DNA from: Lytechinus pictus
Taxonomy: Eukaryota
Length of the DNA stretch: 64,000 nt
Direction: 5' to 3'
Assembly: GCF_037042905.1 (NCBI RefSeq)
Contig: NC_087250.1
Coordinates: 7,070,001-7,134,000 of the forward strand
The stretch's first letter is position 1, and each line of letters begins with the position of its first letter. Made by a program: the position numbers and the translations under genes. The notes under the pieces are model-generated. The model saw nothing but the letters and a program-made list of their open reading frames with translations. It was not told the origin of the DNA and searched no databases. Of this stretch, positions 55,001-61,030 are shown piece after piece.

Positions 55001-56882
55001 CAAATCTCTCAGTTAAAAAAGGAATACTTTCAATGTAAAATTACAGTGCAGAACAGAGCACTATTATAATCAATTGGAAAATGAAGCATTCATTATTACT
55101 GAAAATTAATTTTTCAGAAAGGAAAACCTCTCTAGTTAAAAGTGTACCCCTTAATACTTTGTAGGACACAAGATTCATAAACAATCCCTTCTTGTAATGA
55201 TAATATTAATACATTCAAATAGTATACAAATGATGCATGCACATGAGTTCATTAGGCGATCTGTCCTCACGCGAGTTGAGGCTCTGTTCAATCCATTGCA
55301 CGAAGCCGTTAGGCTGAGTGCAATGGGGTGAACACAGCCTCAACGAGAGTGGATAGGTCGCATAATGGACGAATGAAGGCATGCATCATTTGGTTTATAC
55401 GACAAATTTTCTAGATTTTGTAATTTGACAATAGATAAGAAAAAAAAAAAAAAAGCAAATGGAATTAAGACATATTTTGCCTTTGTCTGACACTTCCTTT
55501 TCTCTGAAAATATTTTTGTTTTCCTGTTTTATAAAAGCAGTTAATTGTTTGTGTTCTTTTGTGACGCACTTTGATTCATGAATCTCAGTGCGCACAGTAG
55601 GCCAGCCTTGTTGATGCGCTTGCTTCAATGCGCGCAGACACACACATACAAAATGTACGTATACACACATGCTTAGTGGTACGCACTCAAGGAGAAAGCT
55701 CAACCGTGCAATGGAAAAATAAAAAATACACGGTCGCCGTGCAATGGAAAATAAAATTTGCATGCAGCACAAAATGTATCAAATATTGAATGGCTTTCAA
55801 CCAATCAAATTACAAGAAACTTTGTAGGAGTTGTATAATGCTTAATGGTTTGCATTTTTAGTACTTTACATGTACTTATTATTACCTCAGTAAACAAACA
55901 AGAAAGGCTATGAATAGTCTGCTGTGCAAAACCTTAAGTTCACTTGAGTTTATAAGGGTCTGAATGTGGAGCCTAATAATGCATTGTGTACTGAAGGCCC
56001 TCTCACTCAGGATTGAAACAGCAAGTTTTTTATGTGCTAGCTAGTTTTTGCGCAGAGACACACTTCTTGATCACAGTTTCAATCAGGGTCTGTGCCTGCA
56101 GACCCTGCTGTGAAGGGATCCTGTGTATTTCCTTTCTCCACTCCTTGGGAAACAGAGTCAGAACTGCTACACCACAACGCGTCCACACAAATTAATAAGT
56201 TTCAGAAAATTATTTCTTTATTTTCCATCTCTCTACTTTTTTCTCTCTTTCTCTTTCTTTCACTTGTTCTTACCGTTTCTCTTTCTTTATATCTCTCTGT
56301 CTCAATATCATTCTCTCCCTATCTATCGATCTGTGTATAGCTCTATTTCTTTCAATCTCAGAATAAGATTTTCAATATCTATCAATATCTACCGTTTTAT
56401 ATATATTCCCTCCCCACCCCCCCCCCCCCCCTTGTCCCTCTCTCTCTTTTACTCTGTCATAGATTCTTTTTCTCTCAACCTCTTTCTCTCTCTGTCTTTT
56501 TTTCTATATCTCACCTCTCCCCTCATCTTTCCAAAACACAGCTCATTTTTACAGAGATGCATCACCAAATGGAACAACCTTGTCCCTTAAGATGTGGTCG
56601 AGAGCCCAAATGTTAGCAGCTTCAAATCCAGTTTCTTAAAATATAGGAACTCCAGAAAAGAGAGATTTGACCCAATTGAAAATTTTGTTTGTCCATGTTC
56701 AAATGTTGCACAGCGCCATTAAAATAGTGTTCCGGAATTTTTCAAGTGAAGTCAACAAGTGAGAAACAAGTTTTTTAACTTTAAATGCCACAGTATAACA
56801 CTGTACTTACATTTTAATAAGGTTATCCAGCCCATCAAAGGCACCATCTCCAACTGATGTTATGTTGTTGTTACACATGTGC
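159..56882 (-). CDS. Multi-exon gene (35 exons found, partial at both ends) encoding a giant thrombospondin-superfamily ECM protein, mega-TSP-like: LRR-LRRCT-FN3-fibro-slime/PA14-cadherin x2-F5/8C-Cys-rich-EGF-TSP3-TSP_C
   Basis: Exons were read manually with AG acceptors and GT donors (one GC). All 34 junction phases join into one open frame of 5118 nt, and each domain shows diagnostic motifs (see exon entries). Confidence 0.9.
360..835. mobile_element. MITE (Harbinger-like or TA-targeting)
   Basis: 22-bp TIR aggtggtttcagaccgcctcga / tcgaggcggtttgaaaccacct (1 mismatch); AAT (or TA) on both flanks. Confidence 0.75.
1278..1520 (-). CDS. Exon 34: TSP C-terminal L-lectin domain (GC donor)
   Basis: [10 protein letters not shown]...[20 protein letters not shown]...GLQIK; donor AAG|GCAAGT. 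Confidence 0.88.
2027..2289. mobile_element. hAT-like MITE
   Basis: TIR catgggcggaaa / tttccgcccctg; perfect 8-bp TSD GGTTCATA. Confidence 0.8.
2363..2532 (-). CDS. Exon 33: last TSP3 repeat and start of TSP C-terminal domain
   Basis: [21 protein letters not shown]...[11 protein letters not shown]...PSW. Confidence 0.92.
2935..3030 (-). CDS. Exon 32: TSP type-3 repeat
   Basis: [31 protein letters not shown]. Confidence 0.9.
4755..4840 (-). CDS. Exon 31: TSP type-3 repeat
   Basis: [28 protein letters not shown]. Confidence 0.92.
5135..5318 (-). CDS. Exon 30: TSP type-3 repeats
   Basis: [27 protein letters not shown]... Confidence 0.93.
5391..5680 (+). mobile_element. tRNA-derived SINE family B
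   Basis: A-box/B-box head (tggtctgatgg..ggttcgaatcc), body ccttcagcaagaaatttacccacattgtgctgcactc..aatgggtacc, (ATT)n tail. Confidence 0.75.
5816..11182. mobile_element. Non-autonomous piggyBac-like DNA transposon (5.37 kb)
   Basis: TTAA on both sides; perfect 13-bp TIR CCCTTTGCGTGCG; interrupts one exon-echo unit that resumes after it; no transposase ORF seen. Confidence 0.85.
12844..13003 (-). CDS. Exon 29: TSP type-3 repeats
   Basis: [24 protein letters not shown]... Confidence 0.93.
13103..13390 (+). mobile_element. SINE family B
   Basis: Same head, body and tail as the copy at 5391. Confidence 0.75.
13845..14030 (+). mobile_element. tRNA-derived SINE family A
   Basis: Shares head and body with the copies at 43158 and 60833. 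Confidence 0.7.
14201..14422. mobile_element. hAT-like MITE 10 nt from exon 28 donor
   Basis: TIR ctaggctccacacta / tagtgtcgagccctg; degenerate 8-bp TSD ccttactc/cctcaccc; internal ggtggccc repeats. Confidence 0.55.
14433..14654 (-). CDS. Exon 28: EGF end plus first TSP type-3 repeats
   Basis: [20 protein letters not shown]...[24 protein letters not shown]. Confidence 0.93.
14750..15040 (-). mobile_element. SINE related to family B
   Basis: Reverse strand shows a tRNA-like head and ccacccaggtgttaaatgggtagc. Confidence 0.6.
15099..15348. mobile_element. MITE
   Basis: About 35-bp inverted repeats actttggcaaaaggaagcaagt / acttgcttccttttgccaaagt. Confidence 0.6.
16422..16571 (-). CDS. Exon 27: EGF
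   Basis: [15 protein letters not shown]...[18 protein letters not shown]. Confidence 0.9.
17309..17383 (-). CDS. Exon 26: Ca-binding EGF, first part
   Basis: [25 protein letters not shown]. Confidence 0.9.
17593..18146. mobile_element. MITE with 9-bp TSD (Mutator-like TSD length)
   Basis: About 45-bp TIR ccgggggggccactt..agtggataccatgcgcgacc; perfect TSD TCATTTCCA. Confidence 0.82.
18858..18998 (-). CDS. Exon 25: Ca-binding EGF, thrombospondin subgroup-B type
   Basis: CVEANPCF...[19 protein letters not shown]...[12 protein letters not shown]. Confidence 0.92.
19113..19528. mobile_element. hAT-like MITE, degenerate
   Basis: tagggttcc / ggaaccctg ends; many internal aaattccctga repeats; TSD not clean. 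Confidence 0.5.
20040..20990. repeat. Pyrimidine-rich minisatellite, unit about 25 bp
   Basis: Unit aaaccacaccccttacctccctttc, cleanest at 20510-20700. Confidence 0.9.
21196..21332 (-). CDS. Exon 24: EGF-like
   Basis: [38 protein letters not shown]. Confidence 0.92.
21585..21960 (+). mobile_element. tRNA-derived SINE with Deu/Nin-like central domain
   Basis: tRNA head; cctcggataggacattaaatggaggcccc..gcacgttaggaaccc resembles the Deu/Nin core (from memory). Confidence 0.6.
22305..22875. mobile_element. TTAA-flanked MITE (Kolobok-like AG..CT ends)
   Basis: TTAA|agggatcatttaactttgt ... acaaagtgaaatgatcact|TTAA; a related inverted fragment lies at about 27250-27625. Confidence 0.7.
23265..25060. 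repeat. Compound (TCTA)n/(TAGC)n microsatellite, 1.8 kb
   Basis: Direct reading; embedded ccatccaacctcccatctaccttcatatc recurs 4 times. Confidence 0.95.
25143..25322 (-). CDS. Exon 23: ephrin-receptor-like/TNFR-like Cys-rich repeat
   Basis: [37 protein letters not shown]. Confidence 0.88.
26082..26580. repeat. (ACT)n microsatellite
   Basis: Direct reading. Confidence 0.95.
26653..26755 (-). CDS. Exon 22: Cys-rich repeat
   Basis: [29 protein letters not shown]. Confidence 0.82.
27941..28003 (-). CDS. Exon 21: Cys-rich repeat
   Basis: [21 protein letters not shown]; cag/gtgagt. Confidence 0.8.
28362..28756. mobile_element. Kolobok-like MITE
   Basis: agagaaattccagt / actagaatttacct|TTAA, imperfect TIR. 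Confidence 0.5.
28839..29057. mobile_element. Tc1/mariner-like MITE
   Basis: TA|cagtggtgctc..agtgaaccccacc / ggtggggttcact..gagcacaactg|TA. Confidence 0.75.
29200..29363 (-). CDS. Exon 20: Cys-rich repeat
   Basis: [14 protein letters not shown]...ECTTCPVGW. Confidence 0.85.
29400..29610 (-). mobile_element. SINE family B (5' truncated)
   Basis: Reverse complement of the family B body. Confidence 0.65.
30362..30515 (-). CDS. Exon 19: discoidin/F5-8C, end
   Basis: FTGNSDQDT...[25 protein letters not shown]. Confidence 0.92.
30968..31750. mobile_element. Tc1-like foldback element with about 290-bp inverted arms, right terminus truncated
   Basis: TA|cagtg start; about 31002-31290 is the reverse complement of about 31480-31749. 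Confidence 0.75.
32315..32499 (-). CDS. Exon 18: discoidin/F5-8C, middle
   Basis: [16 protein letters not shown]...GILTQG...[12 protein letters not shown]...W. Confidence 0.9.
32797..33065 (+). mobile_element. SINE family B
   Basis: Near-collinear with 48803-49075. Confidence 0.78.
33596..33736 (-). CDS. Exon 17: discoidin/F5-8 type C, start
   Basis: [21 protein letters not shown]...PDRARL. Confidence 0.9.
34369..34586 (-). CDS. Exon 16: end of cadherin repeat 2 plus linker
   Basis: [27 protein letters not shown]...[16 protein letters not shown]. Confidence 0.85.
35298..35470 (-). CDS. Exon 15: cadherin linker and repeat 2
   Basis: [13 protein letters not shown] (DxNDN) and [16 protein letters not shown] (AxDxD). 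Confidence 0.9.
35860..36060. repeat. About 3 degenerate copies of a roughly 75-bp tandem unit
   Basis: ggctgtgagatggg..acccag..attccacta..gattacagtgaattctg recurs. Confidence 0.6.
36521..36690 (-). CDS. Exon 14: cadherin repeat 1
   Basis: [27 protein letters not shown] (DYE motif). Confidence 0.88.
36815..37145. repeat. (CAT)n degenerate microsatellite; similar tracts at 1-110, 1670-1940 and 53760-53970
   Basis: Direct reading. Confidence 0.9.
37789..38205. mobile_element. Penelope-like element remnant: about 150-bp near-perfect inverted repeat around a hammerhead motif
   Basis: gctgatgtggtttacggtacac...ggaaagatt mirrored at about 38068-38205; the centre has CTGAAGA..GAAACGTC. Confidence 0.65.
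37943..37983 (+). ncRNA. Minimal type-I hammerhead ribozyme motif (PLE type)
   Basis: actc-CTGAAGA-c-ggacag/tcaac/ctgccc-GAAA-cg-TC-gagt: stem I actc/gagt, imperfect stem II, palindromic minimal stem III. Confidence 0.55.
38248..38391 (-). CDS. Exon 13: cadherin repeat 1 with Thr/Pro-rich insert
   Basis: [14 protein letters not shown]...[14 protein letters not shown]; cag/gtaaga. Confidence 0.8.
39567..39792 (-). CDS. Exon 12: end of fibro-slime domain, start of cadherin repeat 1
   Basis: [24 protein letters not shown], then [21 protein letters not shown]...YNVSIVSG. Confidence 0.87.
40389..40486 (-). CDS. Exon 11: insert within PA14-like domain
   Basis: [32 protein letters not shown]; tag/gtaaga; phase 1-0. 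Confidence 0.8.
40808..41881. mobile_element. Non-autonomous DNA transposon with 4-bp TSD and a nested IR element
   Basis: TIR cagtcagttggcaagccc / gggcttgccaactgactg; ATAG on both flanks; inner IR at about 41195-41220 and 41465-41491. Confidence 0.78.
43158..43362 (+). mobile_element. tRNA-derived SINE family A
   Basis: gaggcgcgatagctcagtcggtagagc..gggttcgattccc followed by the shared body. Confidence 0.78.
43516..43685 (-). CDS. Exon 10: fibro-slime/PA14-like core
   Basis: [35 protein letters not shown]. Confidence 0.87.
43747..44437. mobile_element. piggyBac-like MITE
   Basis: TTAA|ccctaa ... ttaggg|TTAA; subterminal palindromes ggggttgattcaacccc at both ends. Confidence 0.72.
45213..45302 (-). 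CDS. Exon 9: fibro-slime/PA14-like
   Basis: [30 protein letters not shown], with the FPLDG.G...HNF signature. Confidence 0.87.
45317..45540 (+). mobile_element. SINE family B
   Basis: Matches the copy at 13103; sits just upstream of the exon 9 acceptor. Confidence 0.7.
46365..46580 (-). CDS. Exon 8: fibro-slime/PA14-like
   Basis: ATEDDFD...[23 protein letters not shown]. Confidence 0.82.
46938..47004 (-). CDS. Exon 7: linker and start of fibro-slime/PA14 domain
   Basis: [21 protein letters not shown]; needed to bridge phase 1 to phase 2. Confidence 0.75.
48012..48214 (-). CDS. Exon 6: FN3-like, C-terminal half
   Basis: FYVINCTSD...[18 protein letters not shown]...PITTLENV; cag/gtaagt. Confidence 0.82.
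48215..50120. repeat. Tandem array (unit about 125 bp) derived from the exon 6 5' half plus acceptor
   Basis: Units contain ccattatcagatttaaataggatactaagatcagtgacagtggat..gatcacataa, matching 48100-48240. Confidence 0.9.
48803..49075 (+). mobile_element. SINE family B inserted in the exon-6 echo array
   Basis: Head ggggtcgtcgtggtctagtggtt..gttcgaatc, full body, (TTTA) tail. Confidence 0.8.
50695..50815 (-). CDS. Exon 5: FN3-like, N-terminal half
   Basis: [21 protein letters not shown]; phases match neighbours. Confidence 0.82.
51415..51828. mobile_element. PIF/Harbinger-like MITE
   Basis: TIR aggcgaccgcacaccttacga / tcgtaaggtgtgcggtggcct; TAA TSD. Confidence 0.8.
52415..52670 (+). mobile_element. 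tRNA-derived SINE family D
   Basis: ttggtaaagcgtc..ggaggtcgggagttcaaacccc; a related minus-strand head lies at about 44655-44757. Confidence 0.62.
52962..53146 (-). CDS. Exon 4: last LRR plus LRRCT cap
   Basis: [15 protein letters not shown]...[12 protein letters not shown]...LFYC, with the CxC...C..P...C pattern. Confidence 0.88.
53991..54062 (-). CDS. Exon 3: LRR
   Basis: 72 nt, [23 protein letters not shown]; cag/gtaagt. Confidence 0.88.
54888..54953 (-). CDS. Exon 2: LRR
   Basis: 66 nt, [21 protein letters not shown]; cag/gtaagt. Confidence 0.85.
56811..56882 (-). CDS. Exon 1 (most 5' found): leucine-rich repeat
   Basis: 72-nt phase 2-2 exon, [23 protein letters not shown]; cag/gtaagt. 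Confidence 0.85.
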
Positions 56883-57569
56883 CTGTTCAAAAAACACATA
56901 AAAGGTCATCAATATACAGTCCCCGAAACTCATCAATAGTGATTTCAACAGCATAAATATGAAAAGACTTCTAAAACATGTGTTACATCACTACAAAGTT
57001 GCCATTTAGTCCTTGAGCTGTTTTACGCACATTTAAGTGTGACTTACTGTTACAATTCACTTACTAGTTGGGTGTGGTATTAAGTGCATTACCACACTGG
57101 TTAGGCGAGGCGTCAAAACCCCAAATGCGTTCCAACGCGTGCATAGCCATTGTTCCATAATGAGAGTGTGCAAAGGAGTTCCAAGAGATTAGTACGAAGT
57201 ACCGTTATATTCTACATTAAAGCTAATTTGCATAATCCGTACACGCTGGGGAACGGGGCAATTATTATCTCGATCGCTATTGGCTAATCCGCCGGAGCGT
57301 CGCACGAGAATACACTGAATAGTGCAGGTTCACATACACACACACACACACACACACAGCGCGCCAGCGTACACTTCACGTAAAATGAGGTCAGTGTTCG
57401 GCGTGCACGTCGGATCAACATTTGCAGCGAAGCTTTGCAGCGAATGCAGCGCGTGAGGTGCGGGCGGATCTACGAGAGGGGGGAATAGGGGTTGCCTGGG
57501 GCTAGCTTCCTGTACAAAGTACCAATTTAAAAAAAAAAATCCGTGTTTACGAGAGTCGCGCAACCAAAA

Positions 57570-60330
57570 CGGTGGCGGATTAGGACATGCTTTTAAATTG
57601 TTTTGAGGGGCGAACGAGTGAAAATATACTTTGTATACCTTTCGTTATGAACTCCCGTTCTCCATGACGAAATATAATTGACGAAAGGAAAGTAAAACAG
57701 AAAAGAAGTCACAAACATCTCAGAATAGTTTGCAATCTATCAGGACATGCTTTATAATTGATTTTAGGTGTCAACAAGTTAAAATATATTTGATATACCT
57801 TTCGTTGTGATCCCTTGTTCTCCGTTAAGAAATATTAAATACGTCTTTTATCGACGATGTTGGAAACGTAAATAAAACAGAATAGAAGTCACAAACATCT
57901 CAGATGGGTGTGCGATCTATCACAACATGTTTTAAAGCTGTTTTTAGGGGTTAACAAGTTAAAATAGATTTGATATACCTTCCGTTATGATCCCCTGTTC
58001 TCCGTAAAGAAATATTAAAGACGCATTTTCTCGACGATGTTGGAAACGTAAATAAAACAGAATAGAAGTCACAAACATCTCAAATGGGTGTGCGATCTAT
58101 CAGGACATGTTTTAAAATTGTTTTTAGGGGTCAACAAGTTAAAATAGATTTGATATACCTTTCGTTATGATCCCCTGTTATCCGTTAAGAAATATTAAAG
58201 ATGCATTTTCTCGACAAAGTTGGAAACGTCAATAAAACAAAATAGAAGTTGGTAGCATCTCATATTTATTGGTGATACATATTTTTCGAGGGGTCAACAA
58301 GTTAAAATATATTTGATATACCTTTCGTTTTGATCCCTTGTTGTCCGTTAAGAAATATTAAATACGTCTTTTCTCGACGATGTTGGAAACGTAAATAAAA
58401 CAGAATAGAAGTCACAAACATCTCAGATGGGTGTGCGATCTATCAGGACATGTTTTAAAATTGTTTTTAGGTGTCAACAAGTTAAATCATATTTGATATA
58501 CCTTTCGTTGTGATCCCTTGTTCTCCGTTAAGAGATATTAAATGCGTATTTTGTCGACGATGTTGGAAACGTAGATAAAACAAAATAGAAGTCACAAACA
58601 TCTCAGATGGGTGTGCGATCTATCAGGACATGTTTTAAAATTGTTTTTATGTGTCAACAAGTTAAATAGATTTGATATACCTTTCGTTATGATCCCTTGT
58701 TCTCCGTTAAGAAATATTAAATACGTCTTTTCTCGACGATGTTGGAAACGTAAATAAAACAGAATAGAAGTCACAAACATCTCAAATTGGTGTGCGATCT
58801 ATCAGGACATGTTTTAAAATTGTTTTTAGGTGTCAACAAGTTAAAATAGATTTGATATACCTTTCGTTATGATCCCTTGTTCTCCGTTAAGAAATATTAA
58901 ATACGTCTTTTCTCGACGATGTTGGAAACGTAAATAAAACAGAATAGAAGTCACAAACATCACAGATGGGTGTGCGATCTATCAGGACATGTTTTAAAAT
59001 TGTTTTTATGTGTCAACAAGTTAAAATAGATTTGATATACCTTTCGTTATGATCCCTTGTTCTCCGTTAAGAAATATTAAATACGTCTTTTCTCGACGAT
59101 GTTGGAAACGTAAATAAAACAGAATAGAAGTCACAAACATCTCAAATTGGTGTGCGATCTATCAGGACATGTTTTAAAATTGTTTTTAGGTGTCAACAAG
59201 TTAAAATAGATTTGATATACCTTTCGTTATGATCCCTTGTTCTCCGTTAAGAAATATTAAATACGTCTTTTCTCGACGATGTTGGAAACGTAAATAAAAC
59301 AGAATAGAAGTCACAAACATCTCAAATTGGTGTGCGATCTATCAGGACATGTTTTAAAATTGTTTTTAGGTGTCAACAAGTTAAAATAGATTTGATATAC
59401 CTTTCGTTGTGATCCCTTGTTCTCCGTTAAGAGATATTAAATGCGTATTTTGTCGACGATGTTGGAAACGTAGATAAAACAAAATAGAAGTCACAAACAT
59501 CTCAGATGGGTGTGCGATCTATCAGGACATGTTTTAAAATTGTTTTTAGGTGTCAACAAGTTAAAATAGATTTGATATACCTTTCGTTATGATCCCTTGT
59601 TCTCCGTTAAGAAATATTAAATACGTCTTTTCTCGACGATGTTGGAAACGTAAATAAAACAAAATAAGTCACAAACATCTCAGATGGGTGTGCGATCTAT
59701 CAGGGCATGATTGAACAATTTTCGAGGGGTCAACGAGTTAAAATAGATTTGATATACCTTTCGTTATGATCCCTTGTTCTCCGTTAAGAAATATTAAAGA
59801 TGCATTTTCTCGACGATGTTGGAAACGTAGATAAAACAAAATAGAAGTCACAAACATCTCAGATGGGTGTGCGATCTATCAAGACATGTTTTAAAATTGT
59901 TTTTAGGTGTCAACAAGTTAAAATAGATTTGATATACCTTTCGTTATGATCCCTTGTTCTCCGTTAAGAAATATTAAATACGTCTTTTCTTGACGATGTT
60001 GGAAACGTAGATAAAACAAAATAGAAGTCACAACATCTCAGATGGGTGTGCGATCTATCAGGACATGTTTAAAAAATTGTTTTTAGGGGTCAACAAGACA
60101 AAATAGATTTGATATGCCTTTCGTTATGATCCCTTAATTGTTCTCCGTTAAGAAATATTAAAGATGCATTTTCTCGACAAGTTGGAAACGTAAATAAGAC
60201 AAAATAGAAGTCAGTTGGTAGCCTTTCATATTTGCGATCTATCAGGACATCTTTTAAGATTGTTTGAAGGTGTCAACAGGTTAAAATATATTCTATATGC
60301 ATTTCGTTATGATACCTTGTTTTCCGTAAA
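57570..60330. repeat. 180-bp tandem satellite, about 15 units
   Basis: Identical text recurs every 3 lines of 60 nt (for example 58801, 58981, 59161, 59341); edges degenerate. Confidence 0.95.
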
Positions 60331-60832
60331 GCATAGGCGGTTCGGGGCGCGAGTGACTCCCCCCCCCCCCTTGGACGAGCAAAAAAAGATAGAAAAAAGG
60401 GAAAAGAGGAGGGAAAAGAGAGGAGAAAAAAGAAGAGGAAGACGAGTGAATAAAATAAGATGAGGGAAAGACTTGGGGAAAAAAATCTTTCATGTCACTC
60501 TATACAATTTTCGCTCGCGCTTCGCCCTCGCATTGCCTGTTAGGTGATTTTCATATCTTGTTTAATGAGTTTAGATATCAAGTTTGAAAGTTAATTTACA
60601 AAACACATTTCACCTCGGAAATTCAACTTCATTATTTTGTGTGATTTACAAATTGATTTTTGAAAAGTGCTCTGTAAACATGTCAGTTTTATGGTCTGAA
60701 TATTAATATTTTCTGTTCGTGCTGCGCACTCGCGAATTTTGATTGGTACCTATTATTCTCGTGCATTCCATAAATTTTCAAAATATCCCTTTTTGGGTCT
60801 GATTGTCAAATCGTATCAAGGTTATACCGAGG

Positions 60833-61030
60833 TTGTTTTACCTGACTGCTAAGAAAGCACGAATGCCTGTGAGCAAGCAACCAGGGGACGAACGGCTTAA
60901 GGTCCTCCCCGAGGGACCTGGTAATGAGGATAAATGCCTTACCAAAGGGCACTAGCGCACCACTTGGGAATCGAACCCGGTTCACCGGAATCCGAAACCC
61001 CCGCTCTACCGACTGAGCTATCGCGCCTCA
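60833..61030 (-). mobile_element. tRNA-derived SINE family A
   Basis: Reverse-complement match to 43158-43362. Confidence 0.78.

Noticed and set aside
55915..56100. Repeat shared with 35650-35820 as a third hammerhead
   Set aside because: The core is CTGAAGG rather than CTGANGA and the stems are unconvincing, so it is kept only as a dispersed repeat.
57570..60330. Regular array as a CRISPR
   Set aside because: The whole 180-bp unit repeats, with no unique spacers and no cas genes, in a eukaryotic context.
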